A program made the translations under genes and the position numbers. Under the pieces are notes generated by a model. The model had not been told where the DNA came from. It did no database searches and worked only from the letters and a program-made list of their open reading frames with translations. From the NCBI GenBank assembly GCA_045121075.1, contig JBGVFK010000005.1, forward strand, positions 6,913 through 70,912: DNA of 64,000 nt, in the 5' to 3' direction. Numbering within the stretch: position 1 is the stretch's first letter; each line of letters starts with the position of its first letter. The DNA comes from Acutalibacteraceae bacterium (lineage in GTDB: Bacteria; Bacillota; Clostridia; Oscillospirales; Acutalibacteraceae). Positions 43,793 to 51,686 of this stretch are shown piece after piece.

Positions 43793-44779
43793 ATGAAAAA
43801 TAAGTTTAAAAAATATATGTCGCTAACATTTTCGTTAATGTTTATCTTTTCTGTGTTAACATCATACGCTTCTGCAGCTGATGCTGAAAAACTTATATCA
43901 TCAGAAAAAATAATTGTTAGTGAATGGGATGAATATACTAGGATAACATCTATGTCAGACAAGGAGCTCATAAAATCAGGGTACACAGCAGAGGAAATAA
44001 TTGAAATCAGAAGTTTTGATTATGAGAAAGAGATAAGAGATAGAGCGAAGTTGGATGATGAAACTTTAAAAAGATATGGATACACAGATTCAGAGATTAT
44101 TGAATTACGTCAAGTGGCATCAATGAAAACAATTCCTGAAGATGTTATGCGCTCTATTTCTGAAGCAACAATGACTTCGGAATTGAAATATGCCGGTAAT
44201 GGATATTATCAAGATGCCGGTAAAACGATGTATTATATTGATTTGAAATTTTCTTGGAATTGGAACAGGATACCTCTGTTTCATTTGGTAGATATGGTTG
44301 CCGTAGGTTTTGATTCATCAACAGCAAAAGATTTTATGTACTGCGTACGTTCTGATCGAAAAGTATATGCAAACTTAATTTCGGTCAATTCATCATATTC
44401 TAATATAAGTCAAGTTGTTGAGTGGGAATATTCGACTTCGGAAGCCAATAATATTTCAGCGGAATTTGCGGTTGCGTTAGAAGATGGAAATGGAAATTTG
44501 ACTCATTTTGCAAGTAGTGGATATGGGTTATTTCGATTAACAAATCGTTCAAACCAAGCGATGCTCTTTGTTGATGCTTGTTATGGTCATTCCATTTTAG
44601 ATATTGATCCAGACTTCTCTATATCAACTTCAGGTTCATCAATAGGTATTAATTTTGGTTTCGGAATAGATGAACAACATTGCACGGGTTGGTTTTTTGA
44701 AGATTACACGGTGTCTACAAGTTATGTTTATCATGGGGTAGTAAAGGGCAAGAATAATACAGGAGGAGCTGCACCATGA
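43793..44779 (+). CDS. Secreted protein of unknown function (328 aa), AT-rich gene
   Basis: An AGGAGG RBS precedes a signal peptide ending YASAADA. Two helical repeats of the form GYTxxEIIE(I/L)R are followed by a beta-rich C-terminal part. I recognise no catalytic motif. Confidence 0.7.
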   Translation: MKNKFKKYMSLTFSLMFIFSVLTSYASAADAEKLISSEKIIVSEWDEYTRITSMSDKELIKSGYTAEEIIEIRSFDYEKEIRDRAKLDDETLKRYGYTDSEIIELRQVASMKTIPEDVMRSISEATMTSELKYAGNGYYQDAGKTMYYIDLKFSWNWNRIPLFHLVDMVAVGFDSSTAKDFMYCVRSDRKVYANLISVNSSYSNISQVVEWEYSTSEANNISAEFAVALEDGNGNLTHFASSGYGLFRLTNRSNQAMLFVDACYGHSILDIDPDFSISTSGSSIGINFGFGIDEQHCTGWFFEDYTVSTSYVYHGVVKGKNNTGGAAP

Positions 44780-45009
44780 TATCAATATTATTTATAGCAA
44801 TTTTTCTTTTTGTAGCTTGGCTGGGTCTTATCCCGAATTTTTCTGAGTATGAAGCAACGCAACTGATTATGTGTATAGCCTTGGGTCTCACGGCTGTGGT
44901 TATTACAGGTTTTACTATGGTGATAAAAAGACTGGATGTTCTGTGCGGACAAAAGGCAAGAAGAGATAACGATAAAAAGGAAGAACCTAAGGAAAAGGAA
45001 GATAAATAA
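44776..45009 (+). CDS. Small two-TM membrane protein with charged tail, paralog 2 (77 aa)
   Basis: The ATG overlaps the stop of the upstream gene (ATGA). The segment 44791-44891 is 101 nt identical to 43313-43413. The next 8 differences are all synonymous in this frame. Confidence 0.75.
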   Translation: MISILFIAIFLFVAWLGLIPNFSEYEATQLIMCIALGLTAVVITGFTMVIKRLDVLCGQKARRDNDKKEEPKEKEDK

Positions 45010-45015
45010 AACACA

Positions 45016-45053
45016 AAAACGGCTTTGCGTACTGCAGAGCCGTTAAGTTTTGC
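45016..45053 (+). terminator. Rho-independent terminator
   Basis: The hairpin aacggct-(13 nt)-agccgtt is followed by aagtttt. A second hairpin, gcggt...accgc, follows. Confidence 0.6.
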
Positions 45054-45202
45054 AAAAAACAAAAAAGCGGTCCGAAAACGAACCGCTCAACACACCAATC
45101 ATACCACATATAATAGTATAAAGTCAACAGCTTTGGAGAATTAAAGGGTAATTTCTCCCTATTGCATAAATGGGCGTATTAAAGTTTGTGGAAGATTGCG
45201 TA

Positions 45203-45231
45203 TTGAAAAACTGCTTTTTTCGTGCTATACT
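45203..45231 (+). promoter_or_regulatory. Promoter P3 (paralogous to P1/P2)
   Basis: TTGAAA, a 17-nt spacer, then TATACT, followed by the conserved leader ACAGAAAGGGAAAGGTGATACCGATGTACAGGTAAA. Confidence 0.6.
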
Positions 45232-45237
45232 GTAGTC

Positions 45238-45597
45238 ACAGAAAGGGAAAGGTGATACCGATGTACAGGTAAAAACCTAAAGGAACTTTCAGAAGGAAAA
45301 ATAAAAAAGGTTAAATAAAAAGCAAAATAAATCCTACCTGGCGGTAAGGAAGCTTAAAACCTTAAAAATCAAAAAAGAAAGTTCCGAAGAAAAACAGCCT
45401 TCCTGAAAAACATCAGACACGATGACATAGATAAAAAAATAAACAAAAAAAGTGTCAGATGAATACAACGAAGGCAAAACAATCTGTAGAAAGTGAGGAT
45501 AACAAAAGATGTTAGATATCAAGAGTTCAATGAAATAACCCCCCGACCGTAAAAGATGTGTGAAGAAACATCGGTCCGGGGGTTATTTCTTTTTTTA
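45238..45597 (+). ncRNA. Candidate ~360-nt A/purine-rich non-coding transcript
   Basis: It is bounded by promoter P3 and a strong terminator, ataaccccccgaccg-(22 nt)-cggtccgggggttat-ttctttttttt (45535-45597). All three plus-strand frames are riddled with stops. The longest plus-strand ORFs are about 10-18 codons. Confidence 0.45.
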
Positions 45598-45919
45598 ATG
45601 AATAATGAATAATTGCGTTTGAGGTTGTTGCTATGAGGTAAGTGATATGCCGCAAACCAGATATAATATAGAGGTTGATGAGTTGCAGAATGCAGCTTTA
45701 TTTTTTTGTCCTGAAAGGTGAAAAAATCGGATTTATTGCGTTAAAAGGCCAAATTTTATACACACTGAACAAAAAACAATGCACAAAATTATTCAATATC
45801 CCGTTGTTTTTTTATTCAATATGTGGTAAAATGGTCGTGTTATCGTCAGTCGGAACAATCCGATGCGTGATACGTAATATTCAGACCTTGTAAGAATAAG
45901 GTCACAGGAGGTTTTGGAA

Positions 45920-47989
45920 TTGAAAACATTCGCAGTTAATAACATCAGAAACGTGGCAATCGCAGGTCACACAGGTAAGGGTAAAACAGCTCTCGCAGAA
46001 GCAATGCTCTACGTTGCAGGTGTTACAGACAGACTCGGCAGAGTTGCAGACGGCAACACAATTATGGACTATGACGCAGAAGAAAAGAAGCGCAAGTGCT
46101 CAATTTCAGCTGCTATGTGCTCTCTTGAATGGAGAGATACAAAGATAAATGTACTCGATGCTCCCGGTAAGTTTGACTTTGCAGGCGGTATGGCTGAAAC
46201 AATGCGTGCTGCTGATTGTGCTCTTATCGTAACATCAGCAGGTTCAGGTATCGACGTTGGTCTTGAAAAAGCAATCAAGGCTGCTGACGCAAGAAACATT
46301 GCAAAGTTCTTCGCAGTTACAAAGGTTGACTCAGAAAACCGCGACTTCTACAAAACATTTGACATTCTCAAGAACGAGCTGGGCAACAAGCTCTGTCCCG
46401 TTGTTGTTCCCTATATGAACGGCCCCGTTTGCGAAGCATTCGTAAACCTTTGCTCAAACAAGGCTTACAAGTATCCCAACGGCCGTCCCGTTGAAATTGA
46501 CATTCCCTCAGATGCTAACATCGAAGCTATGAGAGCTGCTCTTGAAGAAGCAGTTGCTACGGTTGACGAAGCACTTATGGATAAGTTCTTTGAAGGCGAA
46601 CCCCTTACAAAGGAAGAAATCATCGAAGGTCTTACTAAGGGCGTTGAAACCGGTGAAATCTATCCCGTATACGCACTTTCAGCTACAAAGGTAGACGGTT
46701 GCGACATGCTCCTTGATGCTCTCGTTTACTCAGCTCCCTCACCCGACAAGGCTAAGCCCGAAATGGCTGAAACAGAAGACGGTGAACCCATCGAAATCGA
46801 ATGCAAGGCTGACGCACCTCTTGCAGCAATCTGCTTCAAGACAATCGCTGACCCCTTCGTTGGTAAGATGAGCTTCGTTAAGGTTCTCGCAGGTAAAATC
46901 ACTCACGATACACCCGCATTCAATGCTCGTACAGGCGAAAGCCAGAAGATGGGCAAGCTTGTAGCCGTTAAGGGCATCAAGCAGGAAGACATCAATGAAA
47001 TCGGTCTTGGTGACATCGGTGTTATCACAAAGCTTTCAGGTCTTGCAACAGGCGACACAATCTGCTCAGCTAAGAACGTAATCAAGCTTGCAGCAGTTGA
47101 CTTCCCTGCTCCCTCACTCAAGATGGCAGTTGTTGTTAAGAAGAAGGGCGAAGAAGATAAGGTTGCTTCAGGTCTTCGTAAGATTATGGGCGAAGATCCC
47201 ACAGTTCACTTCTATTCAGACGAAGAAACAAAGGAAATGATCGTTGCGGGTCTTGGTGAACAGCACCTTGATATCGTTGTATCAAAGCTCAAGACAAAGT
47301 ACGGCGTAGAAATCGACCTCAAGGTTCCCAAGGTAGCTTACAGAGAAACAATCCGCAAGTCATGTCAGGTTCAGGGCCGTCATAAGAAGCAGTCAGGCGG
47401 TTCAGGTCAGTTCGGTGACGTTTGGGTACGCTTTGAGCCTCACACAGGCGACGAGCTTATCTTTGAAACAGAGGTTGTCGGCGGTTCGGTTCCCAAGAAC
47501 TTCTTCCCTGCAGTTGAAAAGGGCTTCCAGGAAGCAATTCTCAAGGGTCCCCTTGCAGGCTATCCCGTAGTAGGTCTTAAGGCAGTTCTTTACGACGGTT
47601 CATACCATCCCGTTGACTCAAACGAAATGGCATTCAAGACTGCAGCTAAGATCGCATTCAAGAACGGTATGGCTCAGGCTAGCCCCGTTATTCTCGAACC
47701 CATCGGTGAGCTTAAGGTTTATATGCCCGACGCAAACCTCGGTGATATTATGGGCGACATCACAAAGCGCCGCGGCCGTGTACTCGGTATGGGTGCAGCA
47801 GACGAACCCAAGATGCAGGAGCTCGTTGCAGAAGTTCCCATGGCAGAAATGGGCGACTTCTCAACAACCCTTCGTTCAGTAACAGCAGGCAGAGGCTACT
47901 TCACACTTGAATTTGCAAGATATGAAGACGCTCCCATGAACGTTGCTCAGAAGGTAATTGAAGAAGCTAAAAAGGATGCAGAAGAATAA
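45920..47989 (+). CDS. Elongation factor G paralog (EF-G2-like translational GTPase)
   Basis: Domains G through V are recognisable (DAPG, TKVD, GEQHLDIVVSKLK, AFKTAA). The P-loop is the atypical AGHTGKGKT. I place the start at the TTG at 45920 (AGGAGG RBS 8 nt upstream). The track start at 45914 is too close to the RBS. Confidence 0.85.
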   Translation: MKTFAVNNIRNVAIAGHTGKGKTALAEAMLYVAGVTDRLGRVADGNTIMDYDAEEKKRKCSISAAMCSLEWRDTKINVLDAPGKFDFAGGMAETMRAADCALIVTSAGSGIDVGLEKAIKAADARNIAKFFAVTKVDSENRDFYKTFDILKNELGNKLCPVVVPYMNGPVCEAFVNLCSNKAYKYPNGRPVEIDIPSDANIEAMRAALEEAVATVDEALMDKFFEGEPLTKEEIIEGLTKGVETGEIYPVYALSATKVDGCDMLLDALVYSAPSPDKAKPEMAETEDGEPIEIECKADAPLAAICFKTIADPFVGKMSFVKVLAGKITHDTPAFNARTGESQKMGKLVAVKGIKQEDINEIGLGDIGVITKLSGLATGDTICSAKNVIKLAAVDFPAPSLKMAVVVKKKGEEDKVASGLRKIMGEDPTVHFYSDEETKEMIVAGLGEQHLDIVVSKLKTKYGVEIDLKVPKVAYRETIRKSCQVQGRHKKQSGGSGQFGDVWVRFEPHTGDELIFETEVVGGSVPKNFFPAVEKGFQEAILKGPLAGYPVVGLKAVLYDGSYHPVDSNEMAFKTAAKIAFKNGMAQASPVILEPIGELKVYMPDANLGDIMGDITKRRGRVLGMGAADEPKMQELVAEVPMAEMGDFSTTLRSVTAGRGYFTLEFARYEDAPMNVAQKVIEEAKKDAEE

Positions 47990-48014
47990 TTCCAATTCCT
48001 CATATAATTCAACC

Positions 48015-48056
48015 CACGGGTCGGCAGAATTTCTCTGTCGGCCCGTCGGGCTTTTT
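48015..48056 (+). terminator. Rho-independent terminator
   Basis: The hairpin gggtcggcag-aatttct-ctgtcggccc sits within cccacggg...cccgtcggg and is followed by cttttt. Confidence 0.7.
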
Positions 48057-48227
48057 AAATGAAGCGTGCCTTACGGCACATGAAAAATGAAGCAGCCTTC
48101 GGCTATGAAGCACACCTTCGGTGCATGAATTTTTTTACGGCACGCTTTGCTTCATATTGAACGCAGTTCATCGCTTCGTGTTTGCCTTAGCAAACGCTTC
48201 ATGGGAGCGAAGCGAGTGCTTCATTTA
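48055..48227. repeat. Hairpin-mosaic element variant with ATGAAGC / GCTTCAT units
   Basis: The left half has aaATGAAGC-gtgccttacggcac-ATGAA-aaATGAAGC-agccttcggct-ATGAAGC-acaccttcggtgc-ATGAA. The right half has four GCTTCAT/TTCAT units and the gggagcgaagcgag junction shared with the E1/E2 family. Confidence 0.6.
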
Positions 48228-48305
48228 ATTTTCCCCTTGCATTTTCTTATTAAAAGTGCTAGACTTAAGTGTAAATATTTTTTGGAAATATAAGGAGGAA
48301 CAAAA

Positions 48306-51300
48306 ATGAACAGACTTAAAAAAGCTTTGTGCGTTGCCCTTGTGCTTTTGCTTCTGGTTGCATCGGTGCCTGCCGTACCCGTTGCTGACCTTGGCTTTGG
48401 CATAACCGCAAGTGCGCTGAATGCAACAGGCAAGTGCGGAAAGACCGCAACCTACACCTTTGACAGTGCTACAGGTAAGCTTACTATTGAAGGTACAGGT
48501 AAAATTAACGCAGAGGCGTTTTATAACAACCAGGATATTAAGGCTGTAGTTATCGGTGACGGTATTACTGAAATTGGTGCAGACGCGTTTAACGGTTGCT
48601 CAAATCTTACAACTGTTGATTTCGGCAAGACCGTTACGGTTATTGAAGATAATGCGTTTAATTATTGCTACAGCCTCACAAGTGTAACAATCGGTGACAG
48701 TGTTATAACTATTGGTAATTATGCTTTTTGTGATTGTGATAACCTTACAAGTGTAGTCATTGGCAATGGTGTTAAAACTATCGGTAATTATGCTTTTAAT
48801 ACTTGTAATAATCTTGCAAATGTGGTTATCGGAGATTGCGTTACTACTATTGGTGAGGGCGCTTTTGTATCTTGCAACAACCTTACGAGTGTAATTATTC
48901 CTGATAGTGTGCTAACAATCGGTGGTAGTGCTTTTTGGGATTGCGATAACCTTACAAGTGTAGTTATCGGTAATGGCGTTACAATTATTGAAGGTGATGC
49001 TTTCGGTTATTGCGATAATCTTACAAGTGTAACTGTTGGTAACAGTGTTGAAACAATAAGTTGGGGCACTTTCATAAATTGCACAAGTCTTGAAAGTATC
49101 AACATTCCTAAAACTGTAACTTATATCGGTGGTGAAGCTTTCCGTTATTGTCCCAGCCTTACAGATGTGTATTATGAAGGCGCAGAAGAAAACTGGAATG
49201 CAATTAATATTGGTGAGAACAACACAGCTCTTGAAAATGCTGAAATTCACTTTGCTGAAACTCACACTCATACATGGGATGTTGAAGAAATTACAAAATA
49301 TCCTACCTGTACAGAAAAGGGTGAAAAGACCATAAGCTGTAAGGGTGCAGTTTGTAAGAAGACAGAGGAAATTCCTGCTTTGGGACACAACTTTAAAGAC
49401 TACTATTCAGACGGAAATGCAACCTGTGATAAAGACGGTACAAAAACTGCTACTTGTAACATATGTTGGAATGCAACTGATACAATTGTAGATGAAGGCT
49501 CAAAGGATAAAGGTGCTCATAAATTTACTTATTATTATGTTATCAAGGATGCAACATGTACATCTGATGCTTTGGAAAAGGCTGTTTGTGACTTTTGTGG
49601 TGAAGCAACTCACGAAAGAAAAATTGTCGGCACAAAGCTTGCTCACCTTTACAAGACATATATATCAAACAATGACGCAACATGTATTGCTGACGGTACA
49701 ATGACAGCAGTTTGCGAAATGTGTAAAGAAGCAAAGGACACAAAGATGGATGTTGGCTCAAATAAGACTGCTCCTCATATACCGGATGCGTATGGTGCAA
49801 AGTGTGTTCTTTGCGGTTGCGAGCTTGCATGTATCCATGTATACTCAGCTGAAAAGCTAATCACAAAGACACCCACTTGTACAACAGACGGTGAGAAGGC
49901 TATCGTTTGCTCAAAGTGTAATGATTTTAAGCCCGGCTCAGTAGAAGTTGTTCCTGCAACAGGTCACGCTTGGAGCGAAGGCGTAATCACAAAGACTGCA
50001 ACATGTAAAGAAAAGGGTACAATGAGATACACCTGTAACAACAAGTGCGGTGAAACAAAGACAGAAGAAATCCCCGTTGCAGAACACAATTATAAGGAAG
50101 TAATCACACACGCAACATGTACAGAAGACGGTTACTCAACCTTCACATGTACAATGTGTGGATCACACTATGTTGGCAATGTAGTTAAGGCTTACGGCCA
50201 TATGTTCGACACATATTTCCACGATGAAGGTTCAGCTACCTGCTACAAGGATGGTACAAGAACAGCTGAATGTGCTAATGGCTGCGGTACAAAGAACACA
50301 ATTGCTGACCCCGGCTCAAAGACAGACCACGAAATGACTGACTTCACAGTTATCAAGGCTGCAACATGTACAGAAGACGGTGAAGAAGAAGCTAAGTGCC
50401 GCTATTATTATAATTGCGGTTATAGCGAAATCGTTCCCGTTGAGGCTCTCGGCCACGACGAATCAGTTGAATTTGAGATAGTAAAAGAACCTACATGTAC
50501 AGAAAAGGGTGAAAAGAGAAAGGTTTGTGCTCGTTGCCCTGAAATCGTAGCAACAGAAGAAATCCCTGCCCTCGGTCACAATTTTGTATACGGCAAGTGT
50601 ATTCGTTGTGGTGATTATGAATATGGTTGCAACCATATTTGGGGTGTATGGGTAATAACTGTTGACGCTACTTGCACAATGACAGGTATAAGAGAAAGAA
50701 AATGCACACGTGCAGGTTGTGGAGAAATCGAAAAAGAAGTTCTTCCTTTGAAGGATCACTACTACGATGTAAAAATTACATACCCGACATGTACAAAAGA
50801 CGGATATTCAACATATACATGTACAACTTGTAATGATAGTTATGTTGCCCAAAAGTTAGAAAAATACGGCCACGATTACGAAGAAGTATACGAAAAACAG
50901 CCCACTTGTACTGAAGACGGTTATTTTGAATACTCCTGCACAAGATGTGGAGATTGGTATTCGGAAACAGTAGAATCTTATGGTCATGATTTTGATTACA
51001 TTGAAGATTTTGCAAGCTGTACGGAAGACGGTTATTACGAATACTACTGTGTTATCTGCGGTTATTCTGAATCCGGTGTAATTGAAGCTTATGGTCACAC
51101 CTACCCCGACCAGTGGAGCGTCATAATTCCTGCAACCTGCAAGGAAACAGGCGTTGCCGTTAAGGTTTGCTTCGATTGTCACGAGGTAATCGCTATGGTT
51201 GTTCCAAAAGCAGGTCACTCAGATTTTGACGGTGACAGCAAGTGTGATACCTGCGGTGGTACAATTACCGTTGTTGAACCCGAAAAGCCTGCAGATGAAC

Positions 51301-51431
51301 CCGAAGAAAAGCCCTGCAATTGCGATTGTCACGCAGGCGGTATAAAAGCCTTCTTCTTCAAGCTCATTAACTTCTTTGCAAAAATCTTTGACAAGAACGC
51401 AAGAGTTTGCGACTGCGGTAAGGCTCACTAA
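48306..51431 (+). CDS. Large secreted surface protein: BspA-type leucine-rich repeats, ~16 His-Cys3 repeats, and a Cys/His amphipathic C-terminal tail
   Basis: A signal peptide is followed by LRR_5-like units (AFxxCxNLTSVxIGxxVxxIG) at about 48440-49200. Repeats of the form H-x(10-14)-[AP]TC[TK]xxG-x(4-6)-C-x(2-4)-C span about 49260-51262. The tail is KPCNCDCHAGGIKAFFFKLINFFAKIFDKNARVCDCGKAH. Confidence 0.8.
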   Translation: MNRLKKALCVALVLLLLVASVPAVPVADLGFGITASALNATGKCGKTATYTFDSATGKLTIEGTGKINAEAFYNNQDIKAVVIGDGITEIGADAFNGCSNLTTVDFGKTVTVIEDNAFNYCYSLTSVTIGDSVITIGNYAFCDCDNLTSVVIGNGVKTIGNYAFNTCNNLANVVIGDCVTTIGEGAFVSCNNLTSVIIPDSVLTIGGSAFWDCDNLTSVVIGNGVTIIEGDAFGYCDNLTSVTVGNSVETISWGTFINCTSLESINIPKTVTYIGGEAFRYCPSLTDVYYEGAEENWNAINIGENNTALENAEIHFAETHTHTWDVEEITKYPTCTEKGEKTISCKGAVCKKTEEIPALGHNFKDYYSDGNATCDKDGTKTATCNICWNATDTIVDEGSKDKGAHKFTYYYVIKDATCTSDALEKAVCDFCGEATHERKIVGTKLAHLYKTYISNNDATCIADGTMTAVCEMCKEAKDTKMDVGSNKTAPHIPDAYGAKCVLCGCELACIHVYSAEKLITKTPTCTTDGEKAIVCSKCNDFKPGSVEVVPATGHAWSEGVITKTATCKEKGTMRYTCNNKCGETKTEEIPVAEHNYKEVITHATCTEDGYSTFTCTMCGSHYVGNVVKAYGHMFDTYFHDEGSATCYKDGTRTAECANGCGTKNTIADPGSKTDHEMTDFTVIKAATCTEDGEEEAKCRYYYNCGYSEIVPVEALGHDESVEFEIVKEPTCTEKGEKRKVCARCPEIVATEEIPALGHNFVYGKCIRCGDYEYGCNHIWGVWVITVDATCTMTGIRERKCTRAGCGEIEKEVLPLKDHYYDVKITYPTCTKDGYSTYTCTTCNDSYVAQKLEKYGHDYEEVYEKQPTCTEDGYFEYSCTRCGDWYSETVESYGHDFDYIEDFASCTEDGYYEYYCVICGYSESGVIEAYGHTYPDQWSVIIPATCKETGVAVKVCFDCHEVIAMVVPKAGHSDFDGDSKCDTCGGTITVVEPEKPADEPEEKPCNCDCHAGGIKAFFFKLINFFAKIFDKNARVCDCGKAH

Positions 51432-51444
51432 AAATCAATATCAA

Positions 51445-51475
51445 TCCCTCTCTTAACCGAGAGGGATTTTTTTGA
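51445..51475 (+). terminator. Rho-independent terminator
   Basis: The hairpin atccctctc-ttaacc-gagagggat is followed by ttttttt. Confidence 0.85.
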
Positions 51476-51477
51476 CC

Positions 51478-51573
51478 CTTCCACCGCTAAAGCGGTCCCC
51501 CTTCCCTTTCAGGGACGGCAAGACTTGTCTCCCCTGAAAGGGGAGATGTCATACGCAGTATGACAGAGGGGTG
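51478..51573. repeat. Arm-less tandem-hairpin module of the element family
   Basis: Four hairpins occur in tandem: accgc-taaa-gcggt, ccct-ttc-aggg, tcccct-gaa-agggga, and gtcatac-gca-gtatgac. They are followed by agagggg, giving the same layout as the E1/E19 core. Confidence 0.7.
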
Positions 51574-51686
51574 TATTCATTTTATTAATTTTTTCCTAAA
51601 CAGTGGCAAATTGGTGTATAATATGGTATAATACTAAGTTGAATTACCTTGCCTTAAATAATCGGCTCCGAAAGGATACAGAATAA

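Noticed and set aside
45334-45522. A 62-aa minus-strand ORF opposite the A-rich transcript
   Set aside because: It is the pyrimidine-rich complement of an A-rich tract (a Phe/Ser/Leu-rich artefact), with no RBS or promoter in that orientation.
45675-45893. A 72-aa ORF upstream of the EF-G paralog
   Set aside because: It has no RBS and odd composition, and it ends inside the EF-G 5' region. It is probably non-coding leader sequence.
48912-49388. A 158-aa ORF antisense to the LRR region (plus other antisense ORFs at 49543..49830, 50463..50759, 50776..51218 and 51219..51428)
   Set aside because: These are shadow ORFs of the 1041-aa gene. The plus-strand frame has the signal peptide, LRR periodicity and repeat structure.
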